A DNA stretch of 64,000 nt from Escherichia phage UGKSEcP2, in sequence record OV876900, one strand, 5' to 3'. Positions within the stretch are counted from its first letter, which is position 1. Each line of letters begins with the position of its first letter. Made by a program: the position numbers and the translations under genes. Below are positions 45,837-56,358 of this stretch, in pieces. The notes under the pieces were generated by a model. That model was not told where the DNA came from, did no database searches, and worked only from the letters and a program-made list of their open reading frames with translations.

Positions 45837-46172
45837 CTAATATAAAGGATCGGGAACATATCCACTGGCTTTAATCATTTTGATTAACGTTAGCAGTCCT
45901 TTATTAACTGCTTGTGAGATTTCATTAAAAACTTCATCACTAAAAAGTTCTAACACTCCCTTCTGAACTTTTAATTTACAACCAACAATTTCATCATCGC
46001 CTATAGTAAATTCGTTTCCGCCAATTCCACCGAAAAACTTAATTACACCAGTTAACTGTGTTCCACGAGAATATGGGTCGTGTGATAAAGTAATATGAGT
46101 CACCCCAGGTACAGTTTTAAATTGGCAGCGAATGTTTACTTGGGAAATTCCAGTTACATGAATGTCAGACAT
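45837..46172 (-). CDS. hypothetical protein
   Basis: 111-aa ORF. Confidence 0.5.
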   Translation of the reverse strand: MSDIHVTGISQVNIRCQFKTVPGVTHITLSHDPYSRGTQLTGVIKFFGGIGGNEFTIGDDEIVGCKLKVQKGVLELFSDEVFNEISQAVNKGLLTLIKMIKASGYVPDPLY

Positions 46173-46182
46173 AATATTTTCC

Positions 46183-46425
46183 TCAAACAGACTTTTTCAC
46201 AATTTTCCAATCAGCTTTAAACTGATCAACGTCAGAATGGTAAATCCAGAATCCTGCGCTTTCTCCATCCTCATAAAGAGGGCATCCATCGCATTCATCT
46301 TCCCATCCCATATCACGCAAAAGATGTTCAGCTTTTTCAACAAGTTCAGAATCTTTACCGATGATATTAAAATACCATTTACCTCTAACTTCTGAATCTT
46401 TAATGCTCTGACGTTGTAATCTCAT
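46183..46425 (-). CDS. hypothetical protein
   Basis: 80-aa ORF, AGGAGAA RBS. Confidence 0.5.
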   Translation of the reverse strand: MRLQRQSIKDSEVRGKWYFNIIGKDSELVEKAEHLLRDMGWEDECDGCPLYEDGESAGFWIYHSDVDQFKADWKIVKKSV

Positions 46426-46435
46426 TTTATTCTCC

Positions 46436-46504
46436 TTAGCAAGCTTTAATCAAAAGGTATAAGCAAACTAACATAACTGCTGCCATAATATAAGGTGCGA
46501 ACAT
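46436..46504 (-). CDS. putative 22-aa hydrophobic peptide (MFAPYIMAAVMLVCLYLLIKAC)
   Basis: Hand-translated; GGAGAAAAG RBS 6-7 nt upstream; early promoter upstream; could be leader only. Confidence 0.3.
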   Translation of the reverse strand: MFAPYIMAAVMLVCLYLLIKAC

Positions 46505-46534
46505 TTTCTTTTCTCCATTAGTTTTGATAGGGTA

Positions 46535-46564
46535 ATAGTATCACACTACTACCCTTCTGTAAAC
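46535..46564 (-). promoter_or_regulatory. early promoter GTTTAC-N18-TACTAT
   Basis: Hexamers on minus strand upstream of the 22-aa ORF and ORF 46183..46425. Confidence 0.5.
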
Positions 46565-46950
46565 TACTTTTTGAAAGTTTTTCGCAAAAGTTCAATGATT
46601 TCATCTACATTGTTTTCGTCAACAATGCAGTGAATTTTTGTCACGCCAGAAACTATACCTTCATTAGCGGATTGAGGCTTTTCTAAAGTTACCTCAGTAA
46701 AGTATTTGAATTCTTCAGAGTAAATCTCAAAATACGTCTCAAGTGGGCCACCTGCCATGTATTCAGTGCCATCTTCCATAGTTACACGTACCACACATTC
46801 ACCAGCGTAATCATCACTTTCCATTTCATCTACAACAAAACTAGGCCCGTGCTTCTCTATTAAATTTAGCATCATTACATTGCAACAGCACTCGTTAGCA
46901 AAGTCATTTTTAAATAAAGGGTTAATGATATAAGTTTTTCCAACTTCCAT
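46564..46950 (-). CDS. hypothetical protein
   Basis: 128-aa ORF. Confidence 0.55.
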   Translation of the reverse strand: MEVGKTYIINPLFKNDFANECCCNVMMLNLIEKHGPSFVVDEMESDDYAGECVVRVTMEDGTEYMAGGPLETYFEIYSEEFKYFTEVTLEKPQSANEGIVSGVTKIHCIVDENNVDEIIELLRKTFKK

Positions 46951-46996
46951 TTTGATTTCCTCATTTTAACGGGGCTGTAATAGCCCCCTTTGATAA

Positions 46997-47224
46997 TTAT
47001 TGTTCAATCAGTCCCATGTAAAATTCTACGTCTTCAGAATCCATACCGTCACAATACTCATTAGCCATAAAGCGGGTAAGGTCTTCAAGAGGACCTTCAA
47101 TAACGATTTGAATACTCCAAAACTTAGAATCTTGCACACTTGTGATACTAAGTTCAGGATAACGATTACGAACAATTTCTTCAATGTATTCAAAATCAAC
47201 GATGTCAATATCAACTTTAGCCAT
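46997..47224 (-). CDS. hypothetical protein
   Basis: 75-aa ORF with early promoter and GAGGAA RBS. Confidence 0.5.
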   Translation of the reverse strand: MAKVDIDIVDFEYIEEIVRNRYPELSITSVQDSKFWSIQIVIEGPLEDLTRFMANEYCDGMDSEDVEFYMGLIEQ

Positions 47225-47267
47225 ATCATTTTCCTCTTTAATTATCAGTAGTATTGCCGATAGTTGT

Positions 47268-47297
47268 ATAGTACCACAGAAGAACAGGGGTGTAAAC
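47268..47297 (-). promoter_or_regulatory. early promoter GTTTAC-N18-TACTAT (ORF 46997..47224)
   Basis: Hexamers on minus strand; A/T-rich upstream block; part of repeated cassette. Confidence 0.6.
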
Positions 47298-47328
47298 AGT
47301 TTTGTGAAAAAATTTTTAAAATAAAAAA

Positions 47329-47347
47329 GGGGACCTCTAGGGTCCCC
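47329..47347 (-). terminator. terminator after gene 32
   Basis: GGGGACC-loop-GGTCCCC followed by U-run on minus strand. Confidence 0.65.
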
Positions 47348-47369
47348 AATTAATTAGTAATATAATCTA

Positions 47370-48278
47370 TTAAAGGTCATTCAAAAGGTCATCCAGGTCC
47401 GTGTCATCAGCACTAGATGAACTGCCAGAGCTTGAGCTCATAAAATCATCTTCAGTTTTTGTATTGAAGTCATCAACATTGAATGCATCCAAATCATCAG
47501 CAACTTTATCAGCTTTCTTAGCGGCAGTCGCTGCGGCACCACCCATAGCAGCAGTTCCCATAACTTGACTGAACTTAGTGCTCAGTTCTTCAAACGATTT
47601 GAATTTATCTTTAGAAGTCATTTCAGAAAGGTCAACCATTTGTTCAAACAGTTCTTTCTGGAAAGATTCATCATCGATGTTTGGAATCGCAGATTGATTC
47701 AGGAATTTAGATTCGTCGTAGTTACTAAAACCAGAAACTTGTTTAACTTTCAGTACAAAGTTAGCACCTTCCCACGGACAAGTTACATCAACCGGAGTTT
47801 CACCCATTTCAACATCAACTGCAATCATTGCATTGATTTTATCCCAGATTTTCTTACCGAAACGGTATTTAAATACTTTACCTTCATTTTCTGGAGCAGC
47901 TGGGTCTTTTACTACAAGAATGTTAGCCCAGTAAGAAGTTTTACGTTTAACAAGACCATATTCTTTATTGTCAGTGTTGTACAAATCATTTTTACTGATG
48001 TACTGACATACTGGACAGGAATCGTAATCACCGTGGGTAGATGAACAGTTTTCAATATACCATTTACCATTTTTCTTGAAACCGTGATTTACAAGAATTG
48101 CAAATGGCGCTTGTTCATCATTTTTAGACGGAAGAAAACGAATTACTGCTTGACCGTTACCCGCATTATCGAGTTTCAGTTTCCACTCGCCTTTATCTTC
48201 AGAAGAAAAACCACCTTTATTTCCAGCCAGTTTAGCCATTTGCGCAGCGAGTTCAGCAGTAGATTTACGTTTAAACAT
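47370..48278 (-). CDS. 32: single-stranded DNA-binding protein gp32
   Basis: 301-aa ORF; acidic S/D-rich C-terminal tail; conserved autoregulatory leader upstream. Confidence 0.95.
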   Translation of the reverse strand: MFKRKSTAELAAQMAKLAGNKGGFSSEDKGEWKLKLDNAGNGQAVIRFLPSKNDEQAPFAILVNHGFKKNGKWYIENCSSTHGDYDSCPVCQYISKNDLYNTDNKEYGLVKRKTSYWANILVVKDPAAPENEGKVFKYRFGKKIWDKINAMIAVDVEMGETPVDVTCPWEGANFVLKVKQVSGFSNYDESKFLNQSAIPNIDDESFQKELFEQMVDLSEMTSKDKFKSFEELSTKFSQVMGTAAMGGAAATAAKKADKVADDLDAFNVDDFNTKTEDDFMSSSSGSSSSADDTDLDDLLNDL

Positions 48279-48350
48279 TTTTATTTCCTTTTTAATTTAA
48301 TTAACAGTTGGTGCTATGACGATGTATGACCTCATAGCTGGTCAGTGAGA
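48279..48350 (-). promoter_or_regulatory. gene 32 mRNA leader: A/U-rich unstructured stretch and upstream structured element (autoregulatory translational operator)
   Basis: Minus-strand leader GTTAATTAAATTAAAAAGGAAATAAAAATG preceded by self-complementary GAGGUCAUACAUCGUCAUAGC region. Confidence 0.6.
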
Positions 48351-48361
48351 TAATTATAATC

Positions 48362-48369
48362 TATTTATA
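48362..48369 (-). promoter_or_regulatory. late promoter TATAAATA (gene 32)
   Basis: TATTTATA on + strand upstream of the gene 32 leader. Confidence 0.55.
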
Positions 48370-48377
48370 ATAAGCAA

Positions 48378-49031
48378 TTAATACTTGCAAGATTTCACAG
48401 TTTCAATAAAAACACTTTTAGCTTTCTGTGAATCAATATTTAAAATTTTTCTATAAGCCTTTAACTTTATAGAATAATTATTCCAGACTAAATTATCAGT
48501 CTGTTCATCATGTTTATCGATTATATTTAAAAACGAATCAAGCAAGATAAACGTTTCAAACGAAATTATATTCGATTGAAGTAGTTTAAAAATATAACTT
48601 GATTGGACTTTTGGATTATACTCAAAGATTTCTTTAAAAGCAGAAACTTCAACTTTTTTACTAAAATAATAAATGTTGCGAATATCTTCTTCAAACTTAA
48701 ATTTAATTTGCTTTAAGCGTCCGATATATTCACGATAAAACACAAGTGCATCAGCGTCAGAGATGTCACCAATCCAAGCATCTTGGTTAGCAACAAGATT
48801 GCTTATAAAGATTAAAGCAAGTTCCTTTAATTTATATTTTTCTGATAACTTCTGGAAAAAATACTTATCCCTTCGCTTTTGATAAGCGGCATCAGACACC
48901 CGCATGCACCAATTATACTTAATTACATCATACTTTCCATTCATATGTTGTTTTATCATTAAGTATAATTTATAAACTGATTTACCATCAATGTATCTTT
49001 CACCACCAGCAGGCATGCGGAGTTTAATCAT
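48378..49031 (-). CDS. 59: gp59 helicase loader
   Basis: 217-aa ORF in T4 position. Confidence 0.9.
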   Translation of the reverse strand: MIKLRMPAGGERYIDGKSVYKLYLMIKQHMNGKYDVIKYNWCMRVSDAAYQKRRDKYFFQKLSEKYKLKELALIFISNLVANQDAWIGDISDADALVFYREYIGRLKQIKFKFEEDIRNIYYFSKKVEVSAFKEIFEYNPKVQSSYIFKLLQSNIISFETFILLDSFLNIIDKHDEQTDNLVWNNYSIKLKAYRKILNIDSQKAKSVFIETVKSCKY

Positions 49032-49366
49032 AGTAGAAAATCTAATGTATTAGTTTTTTCACAACGAACAACAGAAGGACGTAAAAGATTTTCGTCAATA
49101 GCTTCTGACTGAATTTTTTCAATTATACCCGAAGGAATAAATTTAGCAAATTGAGTTTCAGGAATAGAATTTTCTTCTAAGAATGCTGTTGTAGCTTCAA
49201 GATAACTCATTCCAAACTCTTCTACCATTTTTTCAATAATAAATCCATTTTCTTGACGATCAAGAAGCTTTGCAATTTCATCTTTTTCTTTCTTAATTGA
49301 AAGTTCTTTTTCTGAAAGACCGGTCTCATCGACCGGACGAATATCATTTAGAGAAAACTGTGTCAT
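49028..49366 (-). CDS. 33: gp33 late transcription co-activator
   Basis: 112 aa from ATG (MTQFSLNDIR...), track ORF begins at TTG. Confidence 0.85.
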   Translation of the reverse strand: MTQFSLNDIRPVDETGLSEKELSIKKEKDEIAKLLDRQENGFIIEKMVEEFGMSYLEATTAFLEENSIPETQFAKFIPSGIIEKIQSEAIDENLLRPSVVRCEKTNTLDFLL

Positions 49367-49613
49367 AAAGTTCAACTACCTCTTCAGTTTCAGCTTCAAA
49401 CACATCACGGTTATCTTTATGATACAAAGCTAACAGACGATTAAACATCTTGCCATCAACGCCAAGTTCATCTTTGGCACGAATTCGAATATCTTTAATC
49501 AATTCATTATAACCAGAAATTTTCAGTTTATGATCAGATGCTTCTTTAATAAATTTAGCCAAATCTTCGCCATGGATAGCTTCATCAAATTCAACCATTT
49601 CTTTTTTAGCCAT
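49344..49613 (-). CDS. dsbA: DsbA double-stranded DNA-binding protein
   Basis: 89-aa ORF, overlaps gene 33 start. Confidence 0.8.
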   Translation of the reverse strand: MAKKEMVEFDEAIHGEDLAKFIKEASDHKLKISGYNELIKDIRIRAKDELGVDGKMFNRLLALYHKDNRDVFEAETEEVVELYDTVFSK

Positions 49614-49621
49614 TATTCACC

Positions 49622-50539
49622 TCAAAATTCATTAATGCTATTAGTTAATTTAGAAAGACCCGCTTTTACAAAATATGAATAAATTTTGCCACGCGGTGGT
49701 AATTTATATGAATTATAGTAATTCACAATGTTTGAAGCAATATTATCAGGAATATAATCAAAATCAATTAGAACTAAATTTTCTTTATATCGATTATATT
49801 CAGATTCGGTAAGAAGCACCTTAGCTTGCTCACGGTCATTAGCAATAGCTTCAACAATAGAGGTTTTCATTGAAGGAGTTCGTTCACCTTCAACTCTAGT
49901 AAACCAAAAGTCAGATCGTACTTTAACTGAAGCAACGTTATCCTTTTTGTCGCCTTTAAGGATTTTAGTCATACAGTCAATTTCAGCAGAACCGCTTTTA
50001 ATTTTAACCCATTTCTTGTGCATCGGTGACCATTGCTTAACATTTGGGTATTTGTGAAGTTGAGTAAAGTCACCATCCGACGAAATGATTAAAATCTTGT
50101 GTCCTTCTAAAGAGAACTTTTTAACAAGAACAGCGATATGATCATCTGCTTCATACTTATCAATATCCATAACGATGTATGGCATATAAGCTTTCAATTC
50201 ATCTATAACTTTATGACTGGATTCAAAATAACCTTCCCAGTCCCAAGTAGATTCTTCTCGTGCTTTTCCGCGGTTTTTCTTATAATAATAAGCGAAATCA
50301 CGACGCCAGTATCCAGATTTCGCGTTATCAATACACAATACAATTTTAGTGTATCCAAGAGTTTTTGCTTTTTTAACATTGAACTTAATTGAGTTCAATA
50401 TCAAATGACGAACCATTGATAAATTAATTTTTTCTTTATCTGGGAAGTTTACCAGAGCAGTTGAAAGCGCAATCTGACTAAAGTCAATTAAGCAAATTCC
50501 TTCTTTGTAATCTTCATCCAGCATCATTTCTAAATCCAT
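49622..50539 (-). CDS. rnh: RNase H (5'-3' exonuclease, FEN family)
   Basis: 305 aa from ATG (MDLEMMLDEDYK...); track ORF begins 5 codons upstream. Confidence 0.9.
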   Translation of the reverse strand: MDLEMMLDEDYKEGICLIDFSQIALSTALVNFPDKEKINLSMVRHLILNSIKFNVKKAKTLGYTKIVLCIDNAKSGYWRRDFAYYYKKNRGKAREESTWDWEGYFESSHKVIDELKAYMPYIVMDIDKYEADDHIAVLVKKFSLEGHKILIISSDGDFTQLHKYPNVKQWSPMHKKWVKIKSGSAEIDCMTKILKGDKKDNVASVKVRSDFWFTRVEGERTPSMKTSIVEAIANDREQAKVLLTESEYNRYKENLVLIDFDYIPDNIASNIVNYYNSYKLPPRGKIYSYFVKAGLSKLTNSINEF

Positions 50540-50601
50540 ATGAACCTCGTTCAATTAGTGAGATTTCTATTATATACTATCTAAATCTTAAAGTAAACAA
50601 G

Positions 50602-50609
50602 TATAAATA
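50602..50609 (+). promoter_or_regulatory. late promoter TATAAATA (gene 34)
   Basis: Exact motif ~35 nt upstream of ATG. Confidence 0.7.
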
Positions 50610-50643
50610 CTTATTATTGAAAACACAATAGGAGCCCGGGAGA

Positions 50644-53600
50644 ATGGCCGAGATTAAAAGAAAGTTCAGAGCAGAAGATGGTCTGGACGCAGGTGGCGAT
50701 AAAATAATCAACGTAGCTTTAGCTGATCGTACCGTAGGAACTGACGGTGTTAACGTTGATTACTTAATTCAAGAAAACACAGTTCAACAATATGATCCAA
50801 CTCGTGGATATTTAAAAGATTTTGTAATCATTTATAATAATCGTTTTTGGGCAGCAACGGATAATATTCCAAAACCTGCTGGAAGTTTTAATAGAATTCG
50901 TTGGAAAGCATTACGTACTGATGCTGTATATACAACCGTATCATCTGGACCGTATCAATTAAAATCCGGAGAAGCAATTTCAGTAGATACATCAGTTGGT
51001 AATGACATTGAGTTTACTTTACCACCTTCTCCGCTCGATGGAGAAACAGTAATAATTCAAGATATCGGTGGAAAACCTGGTATAAATCAGGTTAAAATAA
51101 GTTCTTCAAATCAGAGCATTGTTAATTTTAGAGGTGAACAAGTACGTTCAGTTTTAATGACTCATCCAAAGTCACAGATGATATTCATTTTTAATAATCG
51201 TTTGTGGCAAATGTATGTTGCTGATTATAGCAGAGAAGCTGCAATTGTTACTCCATCGACTGCATATCAAGCACAATCTAATGATTTTATCGTGCGTAGA
51301 TTTACTTCCGCAGCGCCGATTAATATTAAACTTCCGAGATTTGCTAATCATGGCGATATTATTAATTTCGTTGATTTAGATAAATTAAATCCACTTTATC
51401 ATACAATTGTCACGACATATGATGAAACAACTTCAGTACAAGAAGTTGGAACTCATTCCATTGAAGGCCGTACATCGATTGACGGTTTCTTGATGTTTGA
51501 TGATAGTGAAAAATTATGGAGATTGTTTGACGGGGATAGTAAAGCACGTTTACGCATTATAACGACTAATTCAAACATTCGTCCAAATGAAGAAGTTATG
51601 GTATTTGGTGCGAATAATGGAACAACTCAAACAATTGAGCTTCAGCTTCCAACTAATATTTCTGTTGGTGATACTGTTAAAATTTCCATGAATTACATGA
51701 GAAAAGGACAAACAGTTAAAATCAAAGCTGCCGGTGAAGATAAAATTGCTTCTTCAGTTCAATTGCTGCAATTCCCAAAACGCTCAGAATATCCACCTGA
51801 AGCTGAATGGGTGACTGTTCAAGAATTAGTTTTTAACGGTGAAACTAATTATGTTCCAGTTTTACAGCTTGCTTATATTGAAGATTCTGACGGAAAATAC
51901 TGGGTTGTACAGCAAAACGTTCCAACTGTTGAAAGAGTCGATTCTTTAAATAATTCTACTAGAGCAAGATTAGGCGTAATTGCTTTAGCTACACAAGCCC
52001 AAGCTAACGTCGATTTAGAAAATTCTCCACAAAAAGAATTAGCAATTACTCCAGAAACATTAGCTAACCGTACTGCTACAGAAACTCGTAGAGGTATCGC
52101 AAGAATAGCAACTACTGCTCAAGTAAATCAGAACACTACATTCTCTTTTGCTGATGACCTTATCATCACTCCTAAAAAGCTGAATGAAAGAACTGCTACA
52201 GAAACTCGCAGAGGTGTTGCTGAAATTGCTACGCAACAGGAAACTAATGCAGGTACTGATGATACTACAATCATCACTCCTAAAAAGCTTCAAGCTCGAC
52301 AAGGTTCTGAATCATTATCTGGTATTGTAACCTTTGTATCTACCGCAGGAGCTACTCCAGCTTCTAGTCGTGAATTAAATGGTACAAATGTTTATAATAA
52401 AAATACTAATAATTTAGTTGTTTCGCCTAAAGCACTGGATCAGTATAAAGCTACTCCAACGCAACAAGGTGCAGTAATTTTAGCAGTTGAAAGTGAAGTA
52501 ATTGCTGGACAAAGCCAAGAAGGATGGGCAAATGCGGTTGTAACACCAGAAACGTTACATAAAAAGACATCAACTGATGGAAGAATTGGTTTAATTGAAA
52601 TTGCTACGCAAAGCGAAGTTAATACAGGAACTGATTATACTCGCGCAGTCACTCCTAAAACTTTAAATGACCGTAGAGCAACTGAAAGTTTAAGTGGTAT
52701 AGCTGAAATTGCTACGCAAGTTGAATTCGACGCAGGCGTCGACGATACTCGTATCTCTACACCATTAAAAATTAAAACTAGATTTAATAGTACTGATCGT
52801 ACTTCTGTTGTTGCTCTATCTGGATTAGTTGAATCAGGAACTCTCTGGGACCATTATACCCTTAATATTCTTGAAGCAAATGAGACACAACGTGGTACAC
52901 TTCGTGTAGCTACACAAGTTGAAGCTGCTGCAGGAAAATTAGATAATGTTTTAATAACTCCTAAAAAGCTTTTAGGTACTAAATCTACCGAATCGCAAGA
53001 AGGTGTTATTAAAGTTGCAACTCAGTCTGAAACCGTGACTGGAACGTCAGCAAATACTGCTGTATCTCCAAAAAATTTAAAATGGATTGTGCAGAGTGAA
53101 CCTACTTGGGCAGCCACTCCAGCCATAAGAGGATTTGTTAAAACTTCATCCGGTTCAATTACATTCGTTGGTAATGATACAGCTGGTTCTACGCAGGACT
53201 TAGAGCTATACGAGAAAAATAGTTATGCAGTATCACCATATGAATTAAACCGTGTATTAGCAAATTATTTGCCGTTAAAAGCAAAAGCTGCTGACGCAAA
53301 TTTATTAGATGGTCTAGATTCATCTCAGTTCATTCGTAGGGATATTGCCCAGACAGTTAATGGTTCACTAACCTTAACCAAACAAACGAACCTGAGTGCC
53401 CCTCTTGTATCATCTAGTACTGCTACGTTTGGTGGATCAGTTTCAGCAAATAGTACACTAACTATTTCTAATACTGGAACGGCAACTCAATTAATTTTTG
53501 AGAAAGGACCTCAAACTGGAACAAACCCGACTCAAACAATGACTGTAAAAGTGTGGGGAAATCAATTTAGTGGGGGGTCAGACACAACACGTTCTACTGT

Positions 53601-54513
53601 ATTTGAAGTTAGTGATGAAACTTCTAGTCATTTTTATTCTCAGCGTAATAAAGCTGGTAATATAACATTTAATATCAACGGTACAGTAACACCGATAAAT
53701 GTGAATGCTTCAGGAACATTGAATGCGAATGGCGTTGCAACATTTGGTAATTCAGTCACTGCAACTGGTGAAATTATTTCTCGAAGCGCAAATGCTTTCC
53801 GTGCTATTAATGGAAATTACGGTTTCATTATTCGTAATGACGGGTCAGTAACGAATTTTATGCTTACTGCATCAGGCAATCAAACTGGTGGATTTAATGG
53901 ATTGCGTCCATTGTCCATTAATAATCAATCTGGGCAGGTCACAATTGGTGAAAGCTTGATCATTGCTAAAGGTGCTACTATAAATTCAGGTGGTTTAACT
54001 GTTAACTCGAGAATTCGTTCTCAAGGTGTTAAAACATCTGATTTATATACCCGCGCGCCGACATCTGATACCGTAGGATTCTGGTCAATCGATATTAATG
54101 ATTCAGCCACTTATAACCAGTTCCCGGGTTATTTTAAAATGGTTGAAAAAACTAATGAAGTTACTGGACTTCCATACTTAGAACGTGGCGAAGAAGTTAA
54201 ATCTCCTGGTACATTGACTCAGTTTGGTAACACACTTGATTCACTTTACCAAGATTGGATTACTTATCCAACGACTCCAGAAGCACGTACCACTCGCTGG
54301 ACACGTACATGGCAAAAAACTAAAAACTCTTGGTCAAGTTTTGTTCAGGTATTTGATGGAGGTAACCCTCCTCAACCTTCGGATATAGGAGCAATTCCAT
54401 CTGATAATGGAATAATAGGTAATCTTACTATTCGTGATTTCTTACGAATTGGTAATGTTCGCATTATTCCTGACCCAGTGAATAAAACTGTTAAATTTGA
54501 GTGGATTGAATAA
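50644..54513 (+). CDS. 34: long tail fibre proximal subunit gp34
   Basis: 1289-aa ORF; late promoter upstream. Confidence 0.93.
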   Translation: MAEIKRKFRAEDGLDAGGDKIINVALADRTVGTDGVNVDYLIQENTVQQYDPTRGYLKDFVIIYNNRFWAATDNIPKPAGSFNRIRWKALRTDAVYTTVSSGPYQLKSGEAISVDTSVGNDIEFTLPPSPLDGETVIIQDIGGKPGINQVKISSSNQSIVNFRGEQVRSVLMTHPKSQMIFIFNNRLWQMYVADYSREAAIVTPSTAYQAQSNDFIVRRFTSAAPINIKLPRFANHGDIINFVDLDKLNPLYHTIVTTYDETTSVQEVGTHSIEGRTSIDGFLMFDDSEKLWRLFDGDSKARLRIITTNSNIRPNEEVMVFGANNGTTQTIELQLPTNISVGDTVKISMNYMRKGQTVKIKAAGEDKIASSVQLLQFPKRSEYPPEAEWVTVQELVFNGETNYVPVLQLAYIEDSDGKYWVVQQNVPTVERVDSLNNSTRARLGVIALATQAQANVDLENSPQKELAITPETLANRTATETRRGIARIATTAQVNQNTTFSFADDLIITPKKLNERTATETRRGVAEIATQQETNAGTDDTTIITPKKLQARQGSESLSGIVTFVSTAGATPASSRELNGTNVYNKNTNNLVVSPKALDQYKATPTQQGAVILAVESEVIAGQSQEGWANAVVTPETLHKKTSTDGRIGLIEIATQSEVNTGTDYTRAVTPKTLNDRRATESLSGIAEIATQVEFDAGVDDTRISTPLKIKTRFNSTDRTSVVALSGLVESGTLWDHYTLNILEANETQRGTLRVATQVEAAAGKLDNVLITPKKLLGTKSTESQEGVIKVATQSETVTGTSANTAVSPKNLKWIVQSEPTWAATPAIRGFVKTSSGSITFVGNDTAGSTQDLELYEKNSYAVSPYELNRVLANYLPLKAKAADANLLDGLDSSQFIRRDIAQTVNGSLTLTKQTNLSAPLVSSSTATFGGSVSANSTLTISNTGTATQLIFEKGPQTGTNPTQTMTVKVWGNQFSGGSDTTRSTVFEVSDETSSHFYSQRNKAGNITFNINGTVTPINVNASGTLNANGVATFGNSVTATGEIISRSANAFRAINGNYGFIIRNDGSVTNFMLTASGNQTGGFNGLRPLSINNQSGQVTIGESLIIAKGATINSGGLTVNSRIRSQGVKTSDLYTRAPTSDTVGFWSIDINDSATYNQFPGYFKMVEKTNEVTGLPYLERGEEVKSPGTLTQFGNTLDSLYQDWITYPTTPEARTTRWTRTWQKTKNSWSSFVQVFDGGNPPQPSDIGAIPSDNGIIGNLTIRDFLRIGNVRIIPDPVNKTVKFEWIE

Positions 54514-54521
54514 GAGGTATT

Positions 54522-55637
54522 ATGGAAAAATTTATGGCAGAGTTTGGACAAGGATATGTCCAAACGCCATTTTTATCGGAAAGCAATTCAGTAAGATATA
54601 AAATAAGCATAGCGGGCTCTTGCCCGCTTTCTACTGCAGGGCCATATGTTAAATTTCAGGATAATCCCGTTGGAAATCAAACATTTAGTGCAGGTCTTCA
54701 TTTAAGAGTTTTTGACCCTTCTACGGGAGCATTAGTTGATAGTAAGTCATATGCTTTTTCTGCTTCAAACAATACAACATCTGCCGCTTTTGTCAGTTTT
54801 ATGAATTCTTTGTCAAACAATAGACTTGTTGCTATATTAACTAGCGGAAAGGTTAATTTTCCTCCTGAAGTGGTATCTTGGTTAAGGGGAGCAGGAACTT
54901 CAGTTTTTCCATCAGATTCAGTATTGTCAAGATTTGACGTATCATATGCTGCTTTTTACACTTCTTCTAAAAGAGCTATTGCATTAGAGCATGTTAAACT
55001 AAGTAATAGAAAAAGCACAGATGATTATCAAACTATTTTAGATGTTGTATTTGATAGTTTAGAAGACGTCGGAGCTACGGGATTTCCTAAAAGAACATAT
55101 GAAAGTGTCGAGCAATTTATGTCAGCGGTTGGTGGAACTAACAACGAAATTGCGCGATTGCCAACTTCAGCTGCTATAAGTAAACTATCTGATTATAATT
55201 TAATTCCTGGTGATGTTCTTTATCTTAAAGCACAGTTATATGCTGATGCTGATTTACTTGATCTTGGAACTACAAATATATCTATCCGTTTTTATAATGC
55301 ATCAAATGGATATATTTCTTCAACACAGGCTGAGTTTACTGGGCAAGCTGGGTCATGGGAATTAAAGGAAGATTATGTAGTTGTTCCTGAAAATGCAGTC
55401 GGATTTACTATATATGCGCAGAGAACTGCTCAAGCTGGTCAAGGCGGACTGAGGAATTTAAGCTTTTCTGAAGTATCAAGAAATGGCGGCATTTCAAAAC
55501 CTGCCGAATTTGGCGTCAACGGTATTCGCGTTAATTATGTCTGTGAATCGGCTTCACCTCCAGATATAATGGTACTTCCTACACAAGCCTCTTCTAAAAC
55601 TGGCAAAGTGTTTGGGCAAGAATTTAGAGAAGTTTAA
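54522..55637 (+). CDS. 35: long tail fibre hinge protein gp35
   Basis: 371-aa ORF. Confidence 0.85.
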   Translation: MEKFMAEFGQGYVQTPFLSESNSVRYKISIAGSCPLSTAGPYVKFQDNPVGNQTFSAGLHLRVFDPSTGALVDSKSYAFSASNNTTSAAFVSFMNSLSNNRLVAILTSGKVNFPPEVVSWLRGAGTSVFPSDSVLSRFDVSYAAFYTSSKRAIALEHVKLSNRKSTDDYQTILDVVFDSLEDVGATGFPKRTYESVEQFMSAVGGTNNEIARLPTSAAISKLSDYNLIPGDVLYLKAQLYADADLLDLGTTNISIRFYNASNGYISSTQAEFTGQAGSWELKEDYVVVPENAVGFTIYAQRTAQAGQGGLRNLSFSEVSRNGGISKPAEFGVNGIRVNYVCESASPPDIMVLPTQASSKTGKVFGQEFREV

Positions 55638-55642
55638 ACTGA

Positions 55643-55660
55643 GGGAGCCTTCGGGTTCCC
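55643..55660 (+). terminator. terminator after gene 35
   Basis: GGGAGCC-TTCG-GGTTCCC (one G-U pair) followed by TTTTT. Confidence 0.65.
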
Positions 55661-55668
55661 TTTTTCTT

Positions 55669-55676
55669 TATAAATA
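55669..55676 (+). promoter_or_regulatory. late promoter TATAAATA (gene 36)
   Basis: Exact motif immediately after terminator hairpin. Confidence 0.7.
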
Positions 55677-55699
55677 ATATTAAAATAAAGGGGCATATA

Positions 55700-56350
55700 A
55701 TGGCTGATTTAAAAGTAGGTTCAACTGTGGGTGGATCTGTCATTTGGCATCAAGGAAATTTTCCATTGAATTCAGCCGGTGACGATGTACTCTACAAATC
55801 ATTTAAAATATATTCAGAATATAATAAACCACAGGCAGCTGATAACGATTTCGTTTCTAAAGCTAATGGTGGTACTTATACCGGTCCAATTACTATTAAT
55901 TACGGGGTAAATAGTTATCTTCAATTAAGTAATAATGAAACCCCCATTCGAATTCGTTCTGGTGGCGGTACCGGCAATACTCTTGTAGTTGGCGGCTCTT
56001 CTGGCGGTATTAGTTTTAGACCTGCAGGTAGTGAAATCACTATTGGACAAATTACTATTACGCCAGAAGGTTTGACAACATTTACCAGGGCTGTAACGGC
56101 TCCATCTGTAACTGTTACATCTACTCCTTCAGCAGCATCTGATGTTACTCGTAAAGATTATGTCGATGGAGCAATAAATACTGTTACGGCAAATGCGAAT
56201 TCTAGAGTTTTGCGTAAAGGTGACACCATGACAGGTAATTTAACAGCGCCAAACTTTTTCTCGCAGAATCCTGCATCTCAACCCTCGCATGTTCCACGAT
56301 TTGACCAAATCGTGATTAAGGATTCTGTTCAAGATTTCGGCTATTATTAA
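55700..56350 (+). CDS. 36: long tail fibre distal connector gp36
   Basis: 216-aa ORF; terminator and late promoter upstream. Confidence 0.85.
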   Translation: MADLKVGSTVGGSVIWHQGNFPLNSAGDDVLYKSFKIYSEYNKPQAADNDFVSKANGGTYTGPITINYGVNSYLQLSNNETPIRIRSGGGTGNTLVVGGSSGGISFRPAGSEITIGQITITPEGLTTFTRAVTAPSVTVTSTPSAASDVTRKDYVDGAINTVTANANSRVLRKGDTMTGNLTAPNFFSQNPASQPSHVPRFDQIVIKDSVQDFGYY

Positions 56351-56358
56351 GAGGACTT

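Noticed and set aside
47565-48044. 159-aa plus-strand ORF
   Set aside because: Antisense within gene 32.
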